From: Octopus vulgaris
Taxonomy: Eukaryota
Reading direction: 5' to 3'
Length of the DNA stretch: 64,000 bases
NCBI GenBank assembly: GCA_951406725.2
Contig: OX597815.1
Span: forward strand, 55,986,001 to 56,050,000
This document shows positions 13,356-25,596 of this stretch, piece after piece (positions within the stretch are counted from its first letter, which is position 1; every line of letters begins with the position of its first letter). Under the pieces are notes generated by a model that worked only from the letters and a program-made list of their open reading frames with translations, searched no databases and was not told the DNA's origin. The position numbers and the translations under genes are program-made.

Positions 13356-13437
13356 CATCTGCGGGCCGTTTCGGAGATGCACCAATTAATATGAAACATA
13401 TCATATATTTAAAATTGACACTCCCCTCGTCAGGATG
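13356..13437 (-). ncRNA. Type I hammerhead ribozyme variant (C instead of U at position 16.1)
   Basis: Minus strand: CAUC-CUGACGA-GGGGAGUGUCAAUU...AAUUGGUGCAUCUCC-GAAA-CG-GCC-CG-CA-GAUG. Stems I, II and III all pair, but the triplet reads GCA rather than GUH. Confidence 0.7.
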
Positions 13438-13458
13438 TTTTTTACACACAACACATCG

Positions 13459-15150
13459 TTTCTTTATTACCCATAAACGGCTACACAGAGGGGACAATAC
13501 AAACATTGGGGACATAAAACATCACAATTACATAAATATGGAAAATGAAATATGAAAATGATAAATGAAAGTGATGCTAACGGTCCCATCCGCTAGCATC
13601 ACTTACCTGTCCTTCATACTTTATCCTGAATGAAATACACATTGTACTCTATTTTCATCGCAAATCTCTTTTCTATTTCCGTTATTATCTCGTCATCTAT
13701 TTCAAATCTAAACACTTTATAGTTTTTCTTTTTACCCACGAATTCTTCTATACATTCTTCCGAGATTACAGCGTACCTATCACTGTCCTTGTCACACCAG
13801 TGATAGTTTTTCAATATTTCTTTTACGTCTTTTTTCGTCGAAATACCTAGAAAATTGGGCCTAGGTTTTTTTTGCGGTATCTTGTATTTTTGCTTTCTTT
13901 TTTGTTTTCTTGTTGGTGGGAAGCAGGTGGGTTCACTGTCTGCAGGGTCTCAGAGGGTGCGGGTGGTGTTGGGGTGGATTGGGGGTTCATCACTATTTAT
14001 TTTTTCCTTCTTCTCTTCCTCCTTCTTCTGCCTTCTTCCCATTCTTTTTGTACATCCTCCTCTTCCGTTGTGTCTTTCTCCGTTGATTTCTGCTCTTCCT
14101 CGTTGGCCTCTACCTCTCTTTGAGGTTCTGCATCAATTTCCTTTGATGGGGGAGGGCAGTTAGCTCTTATGTGACCTTTTAAGCCACACTTGTAGCAGCG
14201 TGGAGCTCTGCCCTCCACCCACACTCTCATAATAACACTTCCCATTCTGATATTCTCAGTCAATTGTTCCAATATTTCAGCCTCTGCTTGCACGTTTAAT
14301 TCCAAAACTGCCTTCCAGCCTTCATCTTTCACTGTAGCATGGAGGATGTCAACTTCTTCCTCACATCCACTGATTACGGTTGCCACTATCCACTCTCCGT
14401 CAACATTAGGAGGCATCCCCTCCACACTGATCCGAGTAGTTTTTTTACCCAGATATGAGGGCAGAAGGAACATCTTTTCTGTCTTCACCGTTCTCGCTGC
14501 CATTTTCCTCGCCACACTTTCATTCTTGAATTGGACCACCACGGTACCGAAATTTATGCCTCTTGCCAAGAATATTATGTCTTCTTCCGTTCTTTTTAAT
14601 GCTTCTTCTATTGTTTCGATACAGACGACTTCTATGTTCTTTTTTACATTGGCATAAACCCGGTACGTGATGGTCCTTCGTTCATGCAACTCTCCTCGTT
14701 TTGGTGGCGGTGACAACTCCACTTCACCGCCGACCTTTTTAATAAATACCTGGTAGCTTGGTAACTTGGCCAAGTCTATTTCTCTTTCCTCCGTTCTTGT
14801 CGCTCCTGCGTATGTGTTGCCTAATTGCTAGTCCATTTTCTTTATCGCCTTTTCAAGTTCTTCTTCAGAAGTCGATAAATCCGACACACTTTCGTACATA
14901 CTTCTTCTGGCCATCTCTCCCTTAGGGAGGGGCAGCCCACTTCTTCCTTGTCTGTCTCAACACAGACAGACAAAAAAACAAAAAGCTGTGTAACAATAAC
15001 GTTTAACGATAAAAATTAACAATCAACAATTAAACAGCAACTCACAGGTTCAAATAAGAAGCACAATAACACACAATACATAGTACACGTAAACAAATGC
15101 ACAATTACATACCTGCTACATGCAAAAGACCAGACTCTCATAGATACTGA
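13459..15150 (-). mobile_element. ORF1-only (HAL1-like) non-autonomous Tx1 derivative
   Basis: Single gag-like ORF1: ATG near 14914, main ORF 13997-14773 with CYKCGLKGHIRANC, C-terminus to 13614. It is followed directly by a 3' UTR ending in the Tx1 terminal motif (13459-13503). No APE or RT sequence is present. Confidence 0.8.
13614..14914 (-). pseudogene. ORF1p-like nucleic-acid-binding protein with CCHC knuckle (frameshifted)
   Basis: ORFs 13997-14773 and 13614-13814 plus upstream MARRSMYESV... and TYAGAT segments. Homologous to 52720-54037 and 10773-11580. Confidence 0.75.
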
Positions 15151-15759
15151 ATGCTACTTTATAAGCATATAATTCAATCTAGCAGCTATAGTAACTGGAC
15201 TAATTCACTTCTGCACTCAATTAAATTTTTCATCTTTTAATTTCTCCCATTCATGCAAAGCCACATATTCGAGTTCAAGTCCTTGATACATTTTATACTA
15301 ATTGCTATTTTTTCTTTTAATTGTTATATTACGATTTAATTACCATTTTAATAAAATAAAATATATTTAATTACTACTTACTATATTTACTATATTTAAT
15401 TCAATTGTTATTATTACCTCTAACTTTTATTGCAATTTTTATTTCTAAATTTCTTATGGAACTTCGAGTGGATCTTATACGTACAATATATTTTTATATG
15501 ATGTTTATATATTTATATATTACTATATATTTCTAAACGTCGGGCTTTATGTCTGTTCTGTAGATATAAATGAATATATGAATATATGTATGTGTTTGAT
15601 CTTTCTGTGGATTTTGTAGTGCTCTTGTAGTTGCTGCTCGCATTGCCTCCCCTCGGATTAAAAAGTGTATACAGCTCATTTGAGCTCTACTATTCCAGTC
15701 TGTTATATATTTTGAGCGTTGTTGTCACTAACGATCTCAAGATATAACTTTATAATTTG

Positions 15760-15800
<41 letters not shown>

Positions 15801-15857
15801 CATATACATATAATAGAGAGAAGTTTTTGTTTCACTTTTAACACGTAAAACTGAAAT

Positions 15858-16560
15858 AGTTAACAAGGACAAGTCCATCGGCTTGCGCCTCGGCACCTGG
15901 AAGAACAAGTCGATATCGCACCTAGAGAAGCAAGTCGATATCGTCCAGTGTCGTGGATTTCTGAACAGATGATCCTGTTAAGCTGCTTGGAGTTTGCTTT
16001 GGACCGGACTCCCATACGGAGAAGAATTGGAGCGAGGTAGCCGACTGGGTAGAGGCTCTAGTACGGACTTGGTCCGGAAGGGCTCTGTCCTTGAAAGGAA
16101 GGGCAGAGGTGGTACAGGTGTTTATTGCATCTGCCATCACCTACTGCCTGACCGTTGTCCCTTGCCCCGATTCGTGGCTAAACAAGTTGGAGCGCCTCTT
16201 TTCAGCTTGTTGTGGAAGGGAGGATATCATCTGAAGAGCAAGATAGGGCTGGAGAAGCGAATCCTGTCGCGAAGTGTGTTTGAGGAAAGATGGAAGGCTG
16301 TGTTAAGAAAGGTGGGTGCTAGTAACCCGACTTAATCTGCGTTTGGAGAAAAAAAAAAGGAAAGGGGTAGCCACTGGGCCTTTTAGGCAATTGAGCATAA
16401 TACCCTCCCCAAAAGGGGAAAAAAGACTATATAATATAAAATTTATCTTTTCATTAAAATTTTTTAATAAGGTTCATTTGAACTCGCATTAACTTCATTT
16501 GTATGTGTTGTCGTGTACTATATCATCTATATGTGACATTATTGTCTTAATTAAAAATTC
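15858..16560 (+). mobile_element. Internally deleted Tx1 ORF2/3' UTR fragment
   Basis: Near-identical to 11752-12080, then jumps at ~16222 to the equivalent of ~12868-13185. Confidence 0.88.
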
Positions 16561-16567
16561 AGTTAGC

Positions 16568-16631
16568 AAGCCATGCTACTCCAGACTGATGATGAGCAAT
16601 CACTCAGAAACTAGTCTCTGAATGCTGGCTT
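16568..16631 (+). ncRNA. Type I hammerhead ribozyme, intact core
   Basis: AAGCCA...CAGA-CUGAUGA(16586-92)-UGAG-CAAUCA-CUCA-GAAA(16607-10)-CUA-GUC(16614-16)-UCUG...UGGCUU. Stems I and II pair perfectly. Stem III is the minimal palindrome ACUAGU, typical of Penelope-associated (dimer-type) hammerheads. Confidence 0.85.
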
Positions 16632-16773
16632 TGGTGGGTGGAGATGCTTATCTCCCTCTTTGTAAACATAAGGACACGGAAAATGCCAACAGGAAGCGAT
16701 GCTTTCTAGGGCTAAATAGCAGTAGTATTATTCCCTTTCATGGGACTGTCGCATTAAGTTGACAACACACCAC

Positions 16774-16863
<90 letters not shown>

Positions 16864-17589
16864 ATGTATGTATGTATGTATGTATGTATGTCGTGATTAT
16901 AGTTTTTCAAATTGTTTATTATATTTTGATACTAGCTAAAATACTGAGAGGTAGCCTTTTTGGCTAAGAAGAAAGTGTAGTATTTAAATTATTAAAATTT
17001 ATCCGAGTTTCCGCAAAACCAAAATTGCAGACTGTATCCCAAAATTTATGGTCATACTTTACAATTTTCGTAAACTTGAAATATCGTAACCTGAGGTAGT
17101 CGTAATGCAGGGGATGTGTGTAAGTCTATTATAGTCCACATAACAACTGGAGCTCGAGATTTCCCATATTTTCATGCCTAGATTAACAAAGATAATAAAT
17201 AGATAACAAAACAATTTGTAAACAAAATTCTAGTTCTGAATATTAGATATTTTAATAGCTTTATTTTATTATTCTAATAAATCGCCTAAACGATAAGAAT
17301 GTTATTGTTTTAACGATATTCTTTCAATGTTTTTTTTTATTTAGTTGTGTTATTCTAACAGCATATAGCATTCTAATATTTTTATTTTCCTGTTTATTTT
17401 CATTTTAAACATTAATTTTATTATAGACATTGTTGATGACATTCTTGTTAAGGTAATGGAAATTAGAAAGATTGTTACTGTTAAACAATACAAAAGCACT
17501 TTGTCATAGCAACTAGCTGATATTCTAAACTGGGCTCAATACTAATAGATTAAGTAATGAAGTTATAACAATAAATAGAGAGAATATTT

Positions 17590-18095
17590 GTACACAATCT
17601 GTTCCGAAGTCCTGTTCGTAAACCAAATTGTTCGTTAAATGAATTATTGAAACAGAGGGTAATCTGTTTCAAGCTACACCCAAACGTCACATAAAGGCAT
17701 GAAATGATGTTTTATTTGTCCACATAGACATAAATGTATGTGCGCGCGTGTATATGTGCGTTTTTCCCTTTGTCCTGTTTTTGTTGATCTAGGGTTGTGG
17801 CTAAAAGCCAAATATATGAGAATATTAATATTAATATAGGAGTGCGTTGTCTACTCATGCGTTGTTCAACTCTCCCAGCACTTATGCGCGTGTCTAATGT
17901 ACTCGTGTTTGTTGCTCAAATTTCATTTCTCTAATTACATGGCCTTCCAGTCAGTTATACGCGTGCGTAATCTGCTCGTTGTTCGTTGATGAAATCTCGG
18001 CTCGATATGTGAGTTTTTTTATTTTCTTCAGAAACTCTGTCTGTTATTCAAACTGTTCGTTTAATGAACCGTTCATATATGGGTACGTCACTGTA
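17590..18095. mobile_element. Possible Tigger-type terminal remnants
   Basis: Repeated TGTTCG...AACC motifs and an end reading ...GTCACTG-TA, reminiscent of pogo/Tigger right termini. Very degenerate. Confidence 0.3.
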
Positions 18096-18379
18096 TAAAT
18101 AATTAATAATATGTATATGTTTATAGGAGAATCAAGATAATCTAGATATATAAAAGACTTAACGCTTCGTTTGTACGATGTAAATTTTAATTAAGGTAAC
18201 ATTTGCCATCGGCCGTATTGAACCTTTATTTGACAGTAATAACTGGTAATCTGGATATTCATATTTTATCCGAAGTTAGTTTGGCATAGGTTAATGAAAT
18301 AGTATAACTGAGACAAGAACTGTCGGTAGATGGTAATGATTGAAATGCAAGTCAAATTCCATCTTTTGAAAACATCCTT

Positions 18380-18960
18380 TCAAACAAAAGGATTTGGGGC
18401 ATGCATTACAGAAAAGGGAAAACAAATGCATTGGAAAATTTTGTTCATGAGTCAGGAGCTTCTCTACAAATCTTACCGAAACAGGTGAAAGGTAAAAAAC
18501 AATTATGTACTTAGGCCTTGTGTTACCCAAAAAGCAATCGGAGATGGCCCGAGCAGATAAATGGAGAAATTTTCATTGAGAGAACATATGATATATATGT
18601 TGTCTTCAAAACCGAGGTTAGGACTAAAACACGAGCTCAGATTGTGCAAGACACGCCTTCCCATAAACTAGTTCCTCAATAAAAATAAGAAACACGAAGG
18701 TCACTTTCAAAATCGTTGGTAACAGTGTCGATACATAGCTCGTGGTCACTTTCGTAACGCGATTAAAGCAGGTTCTCAAAAAAAAAAAAACAACAACAAA
18801 AAAAAACAGAAAAGAAAATTATACAGTGCAAAAAGCATTGCTGGAAGGAAAGGTTGAAGAAAGAAACTGGCCATATAGGAAAAGAATCGTCGATATTGGA
18901 GGAACTCAGTAAAGCAAACATGAGGTAACAAGACAGGAAAGAAAAGTAAAATTGAAATAT
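18380..18960 (+). mobile_element. Old RTE-like LINE 3' fragment
   Basis: Degenerate LLEGKVEERNWP.G (cf. ILEGKVEG.R.RGRP) near 18837-18880. Confidence 0.4.
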
Positions 18961-20929
18961 GGGTTAAAGAAGACAGATTTACAACTTAAATAGAAAATAC
19001 AATCCAAAGCCTGACAAACCTTCATCGTGGTTGAACAACCAATCCCAGCCAGTTAGGTCTCACAGTGCTGGTTGCACTGTTCTTTTCGATCGCTAAGTAC
19101 TAAACGTGGCTCGCAAGACCTCTGTTCGGGTGATTTTTCTGTGTCACCATCTCACCTTTGTACACCAATCCGTCAAAAGATTATCCATTTGCAGCTGAGT
19201 GAACTGGAACAACGTAAAATTAAGTGTTTTGCACAACGCACCACCCGGTTAGGAATTGAAATCACGATCTTGCGATCGTCACTCTAATGTATAAGAAAGT
19301 TTGTACAAAAGAAACAAATTTTTCAAGTAAAACAAAGTAAGTGAAACGGATGTTAAACGGTTTTACCGAGAAATAGGAGTAGAGCAAGCAACAGTTGATA
19401 AAACACCAACAATTGAGCAAGTTGATCAATTCTGGAGTGACGTCTGGAGTAGTCAAATCGATCTCAGTGAAAAGGCTGAATGGATACATAATATACAATA
19501 CAAAACCAATGAAAAACATGATTGGCAGAATCATTAGTGTATTGAAACGTAAAGTTGTGTTACTAAATATTCTATGATATTTAGTTATTGCCCTTTACAT
19601 TCTGAATTCAAATCCCACTGGTGTCAACTTCGCCTTTCGTTCTTCCCTGATCGATAACTCATGTACTGGGGTCAATTTAGTTTAATTTCCGATCTTTCCC
19701 TATGTTAGAATCAATTATTATCGTTATTGTTACTGTTGTTATTGTCGATGTTGTTCAGGGTTGTGGACTGGCACAATATCGAGAACAGTATAAAATGCTT
19801 GACAGTAATTAGTTACGGTTCTTTATTCTAACTTCAAATCCAGCCGTGGTCAACTTTGCCTTTTATCCCTCTGTGGTCGATTTCTCCCCCAAGTTAAACA
19901 GTTGTTGTTGTAAGTCGTGGTGATGGTGATGGTGGAGTAGGAGTAATGGTGATTATCGGAGTAACGAAACCTGTTTCTTCTCGTGAATCGAAAGCTTGTG
20001 GATTTAACCAATATGAACAAAGAAATTTTTCAAAATTTCCGACTATTTTTCATGCAAGAGATATCCTGGAACAATAGACTTGATTCACACTGGAATAAAC
20101 ACTGTAAAATGTGGTGGGGGGGAGCACTTTGTGAGTTTCTCTTCAGAAATGCATAAAAATAGCGTCAACAATAATAAATGGGAATGACCCCCATCAAAAA
20201 CAAAAATAATAGCTTTCAACAAACGAATATTTTTAACAACAAAAAAATTAATAAAAACCACTTTATTATCACAAGACATATACAAAGAGAAAAGTATTGA
20301 CATAATGGAACCAAAAAGTTACTTTATTGACAGCAACGAATACGCGCGCGCACATTATCGAGTAAAAGCACTAATATTTCATTTTCTAACGTTGATAGCA
20401 ACATTCGAAAACAAAACATAAGTGAACTAGCGAAGGGAAGATTACTATGACACATTTGTGTGAGAAGAAAGGTACCATCATACATGAGCATGTTACTTAA
20501 GAATGATAAAGAAGTAGAACACTACCAATCGGATCTCCGGAGTCACAGGAGAGTATACTGTAGAGTATACTGTCCTCAATACCAGAAGCTGATCATGTGA
20601 TAATGATAGAAAAGAAAAAGACGAAAGAGGAAATTCATCCACAGCAGTATCATGTGTGAGATATTCTTCACATATGTCAAGGCTTGGATTCTATCTTCGG
20701 TCGTTTTTAATGAACAATGCCAACTTTGAGCTAATCGAAGACATGCATGGAGCAGGTGAAGTTGCCATTCTGATCTTTTTTTCTTTTTTTTTTTTTGTCT
20801 GAATAGAATGTCGTGCCAATTAGACACACAGGAAAAGATATGAAAACATTAAAAATTACTGGCCCGTTTGTGAACTCAGGAGAATTTTCTCGATGATGAT
20901 GGACAAATTTGACTGCTGTTTCTAAGAAA

Positions 20930-22000
20930 AGGTAAGATGAGTCCTGAGTCAATGCTAAACATGAAGGTTGCATTGTTAGAACTAAGATGCGTACTCCAAG
21001 ACAAGCGGGAACGAAAGCTGCTCGATGGACCCGAGTGGAAGAGGCACAACGTAGCAACAAAGCCACAATTCGGTCTTTCGTGGACCAAAATGGGTGCATA
21101 GTACTCGAGCCCGAGCACATGTATGCAGCATTTCAACAACACTCCGCCCAACCGTTTGGGCTGCGACATCTCCAGTATTTTCTAGACGGTGAACAGGTGT
21201 GGTCGTCGTTTGTCAAACACGATTTTCCACAGCTCGTCTCTTTGTCAGAGCTGCAATCCTGGATCAAGAGTAGGCCGAGGCAGAGCACCTGACACCTGTC
21301 GTCTGGCACTCACAGTCCTCTGTCAGTCGGGCAATGTGGTCACTGGAAGTTCCACTCAGGCATTCTATGGAAGGTTTGTGACAACGTTCTTGGGGAAACT
21401 TGGCGTCGATGAGAATAAGTTGGCTGGTCTGTTATGAAGGACCTTCGGGCCGGGGCCTATGGATAACTTCCAGAAATCTCTGGCCTGGCAGAGGCTACTA
21501 GCGGGCGTTGCTGTTTCGGGGTAAACTCTACAGGCATGGAAGTGCCGTCAGCCGGGCTTGCCCGAAGTGCGCGCAGAGCGACGAAACTGTTCTGCACGTC
21601 CTCGTCCAATGCCTAAACATTGCTGACTTGTAAAGTTTATGTTGAACACCTGATGTCGCGTGTAGGACGGATCCGGCTATCAGCTGAGACCATCGTGACG
21701 ATCACCCCGCCGCTTTCCTTTGGCAGGGAAAGACAAGCAGATTTTCTTTGTCTGATGGCCTTAGCGAAAGAGGTTGTGTGGTAAACCAGGTTAAAAGGGC
21801 TGAAGTCAGGCACTTTCCTCTCTGGCCAAGCCCTCGTAAACTTTTCCAAAGATGGGTGAATGTAGATCGAGAGTAGATGAAGTGGAGAAGGCACTTTCCT
21901 TAGAGGTCAGGGCGATCGTAGTTTCTGTGGAGTTTCCACGAGCAGCCTTTAGAAGCCTCCATCTTTTGGGGATTTATTTGTTGTAATTTTTTATCTTTAT
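20930..22000 (+). mobile_element. Tx1 ORF2 fragment with the RT domain deleted
   Basis: Linker text (EAQRSNKATIRSFVDQNG...AAFQQH) joins directly at ~21160 to post-RT text (LRHLQYFLDGEQVWSSFV), followed by CPKCAQSDETVLHVLVQC. Confidence 0.8.
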
Positions 22001-22099
22001 TCTCTTTTTACACGATTCAATCCCACTCTATATGTATTATAATGTCCTATATCATTTCCAATCTATTATATGAATCCTCAGTGGTTTATAAAGAAAGGA

Positions 22100-22120
22100 T
22101 TATTATTATTATTATTATTA

Positions 22121-22172
<52 letters not shown>

Positions 22173-22197
22173 CATCATCATTATCATTATTATTATC

Positions 22198-22251
<54 letters not shown>

Positions 22252-22399
22252 CAGTAGTCTTATTTTTATAACGTGCTTTCACTGCACTACCGAACGCAGC
22301 TCGGTGTGCCTTGGGTATGTACTGTGGTTTGCTGTGATGCTCTTATGATTACTGTATTGAAAATGTTTTACGTAGGATGTGTGCGGTGCATAGTAGTGC

Positions 22400-22450
<51 letters not shown>

Positions 22451-22452
22451 CA
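22100..22452. repeat. (ATT/ATC)n trinucleotide microsatellites
   Basis: Directly visible runs at 22100-22250 and 22400-22452. Confidence 0.95.
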
Positions 22453-22455
22453 TTA

Positions 22456-22670
22456 AGGCAGCGAGCTGGCAGAACCGTTAGCTCGCCGGGCAAAAATCTT
22501 AGTAGCATTTCGTCTATCTTTATGTTCTGAGTTTAAACGGCGCCAAGGTCGACTTTGCCTTTCATCCTTTTGGGGTCGATAAAATAAGTAGCATTTTATC
22601 ACTGGGGTCGATGCAATCGATTTGCCTCCAACCATCAAAATTTCTGACCTTGTGCCAATATTAGAATTAT
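22456..22670 (+). mobile_element. SINE (family GGCAGCGAGCTGGCAGAA...CTTTGCCTTTCATCCTTTCGGGGTCGATAAAATAAGTA)
   Basis: The same core recurs, degraded, at ~19600-19900, 24010-24135, 24500-24700 and several times in 42000-42720. Confidence 0.75.
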
Positions 22671-23249
22671 TATTTTTGTATCTGCAAGGGCAAAACGTCG
22701 TTTTAGAACTCGTTAGTTGTTAATAATTTTGTTGTTTTGAAGAAAGTTATTTTGGCTTTTATTGTACCATTTTGTTGTTAAGCCAGCATCTCCTGAGGCT
22801 AATTGGCTTTGTGAATCTTTCACTCCTTCTGGGCGGATATCTTATTTATTTTGCAACATATATCTGTTTTTTGAAAAATAACATGAAATCATGGTGTCGG
22901 ATTTTTTGGCAAAAGTCAGAGTAATGGTATTAGAGATTGGGAGAGTTGTTTTGACGCTGTCTTCCCATTTTAAAACCTTTGCCACTTCCACTTCCACCAT
23001 CACTGCCAACCGAAACAACAACGACAGCAGCAATAACAACAACAGCAGTAACACCAGCAACAACAACAACAAGGCAAATGAACACAACAACTTTAACAAT
23101 GAAAATGAAAACAACAAAAACGAAAACTGAACAGAAGAACAAAAAAAATCAAATTTAAATTGCCCTTCCAACACACTTGTACAGTCCATCTCCGCTACCG
23201 CCACTTTTAACGCCAGCGCTAAAACATAAAGACACAAGAACTTGCAAAT

Positions 23250-23963
23250 CTAGCGTTGGTGGGTTCGCTGACGCCATCATTCAGACAAAGAAATTATTTT
23301 ATCGTCGAAAAAATTAAAATATACGCGAACCTTACTTTTGAGGTCTGGATGAAATATTGTGCCAAACATATGAAATTCATCCGACAAGAAACCAGCCTCG
23401 GAAGTGAGGTATACAACTGCGATAGCAAAAAGAAGAAAAAAAAAGAAATAGGGAAATAAAGCCTCAAACCAATCTAGATCACCAACATATACGTCATCAA
23501 GGGGAAAATTACTGCACAATATAGAAGAGAATCTCTACAGATGTGACAAGAAAGCATTCCACAACAAAGGAGTGACGAACTGGTTCTCATATCCATCTAC
23601 CTTGACTGTAGGGTAGTAAAAATAAAGACAGTCAGCGAGCCGCCAGAAAAAAAAGAAACATCTACTTGTTAACGGTAGCTGTCCTCGAACAAAACTAGTA
23701 TTCTGCAAGCCCAAATGCAGTAGAAGTAAAATTGGTCGAACCAAGAGATGGAGCTATTAATCCAAACGGATTACCAGAGCATCGAAGTCATCACGGATTT
23801 AATCAATCTGCCAGACAACACAAAATTACTTGTAGCCATTGAGGGCAGAGAACTAAGATGTCGCTTGTGCAGTGAAATAAACCTTACCAAGACTTCCCTG
23901 TCCGTAGCAAACAAGGAAAGAAGAAATACTTCCACTTCCGCCGACTTCACAACACAACAGTAG
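23250..23963 (+). pseudogene. Highly decayed fourth copy of the Tx1-type ORF1
   Basis: ORF 23748: LPDNTKLLVAIEGRELRCRLC matches FPDETRLRVVVDGRPPVCYKC (53309) and RVWVEGRAPRCYKC (14220). Confidence 0.55.
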
Positions 23964-24169
23964 CAGCACCAACAGCAACGTGTAGTTATAAGAGCAATAG
24001 TGGTAGCAGCTGCAGTCAACTTTGCTTTTCATCCTTTCGGGGTGGGTAAAACAAGTACTAGCTGAGCACCGGGGCCAATGTAATTGACTTACTCCCTCCC
24101 CGCAAAATCCTAAATGTTGTGTCAAAATTTGAAACCATTGTTGTTGCTGCTGTTGTTGTTGTGCTGATG

Positions 24170-24475
24170 GTTTGTTTGTTCCTTCTCGAGCCATGTCTGG
24201 CTCATAGGGCCGGTTTCCCGGTTTCCTTGATATATAGGTTCCCCACTTGGACGGGACGCCGGTCCGTCGCAGGTGAGCTGCAAGATGCAGGAGGAAAGAG
24301 TGAGAGAAAGTTGTGGCGAAAGAGTTAGCAGAAGTTCGCCATAACCTTCTGTCGGAGCCGCGTGGAGCTTAGGTGTTTCGCTCATAAACACACACATCGC
24401 CCGGTCTGAGATTCAAACCCGCGATCTCTCGACCGCGAGTACGCTGCTCTAACCACTAGGCCCTGTGCTCCACTG
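24170..24475 (-). mobile_element. tRNA-derived SINE, young copy
   Basis: Minus-strand head GGCCTAGTGGTTAGAGCAGCG...GGTTTGAATCTC carries Pol III A and B boxes. CpG-rich. Confidence 0.75.
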
Positions 24476-25596
24476 TGCTGGTGGTAGTGATGGATAATTA
24501 ACGGGATTGTTAGTGTATTGAACAAAATGCTGGGCAACATTTCTTCCAACTCATTACGTTCAAATCCGGCAGAGGTCAATATTGCCATTTATCCTTCCTG
24601 GTAGATAAAAATAAAGCACCACTCAAGTACTAGGTCGATATAATCGACTTTCCCTTCTCCTCTCAGAATTGCTGGCCTTGAGTTAAAATTAGAAAGATTT
24701 ATACAAGGATAGTGGTCAGGAACATTGAGGTCATCAATATAGATGGATAGGTGTCCATGTTGCATCGGGGTCACCATTATAGAAGGATATGTTTTCCACG
24801 TCAAGATGACCATTATAGAAGAATAGTCTGTGCATCACGTCGGGGTTAACATTATAGACGGATAGGTTGTGGTTCTATCTAATGTGACTCTACTCAGAAG
24901 ACTGTAATATCATTTGACAGTGTAAGAAATATGAACGCGCGTGGTCGCATTGTGTAGGGAATACGATCGCACGTGGTCATATTCTTAACGAATTATTATA
25001 AGCCATAAATACAATGCAGTACCAAAAGAACATAGGTGAATTGACGACAAAGCCGTTCCACTGTTTGAGAGAAGATAAGATTTTATTTACAATTGGTGTT
25101 AAGGTTAGAAGGTTGTGAGTGCTAGCAAGTACGTGTGTGCATGCAACACGTGTTTGTGTCTGTGTGTTCGTGTGTGTGACAGATACAATAAGGGTGAAAG
25201 CGTGTGACATAGTAGGTACAGAGCATAGAGTTAATGATGGAAATTCATTTACTGTTCATGAGGTACACGAAGTGTAAGCGTTCAATATCAAGATGTTGTG
25301 TCTCGGAGCTGAGATTAGTTGAATCACTTGTGCTTATCTTTCTCTTGATATAGATATTCTTTCAGATATATATACTGCAACTGTTTTTCCGTGGTGAGAT
25401 TTTCACACTAACAGCATGAGTTGAATCTGTATTTATCTTGTCGTGTACAAGTTGAATCTTCGTAGATGGAGACGATGTTGGTACAATGATGGTGACGACG
25501 GCGGCGGAGATAGAAATTGGTTTTCTGTTGCGGGTGTACATTAGCGTCGTCGTGGCTGATCGTCTGTCGCTGTGACTGGAACATGTTGAGTAGCTC

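Noticed and set aside
22842-23237. Asn-rich or Leu-rich ORFs as a host gene
   Set aside because: Explained by (AAC/AGC)n repeats; no domain or splice support.
24380-24475. tRNA genes at SINE heads (also 54964 and 55315)
   Set aside because: A and B boxes are present, but there is no complete cloverleaf and each continues into a SINE body.
24725-24870. Four ~40-bp degenerate repeats (CATTATAGAAGGATA)
   Set aside because: Ordinary decayed minisatellite; no further structure seen.
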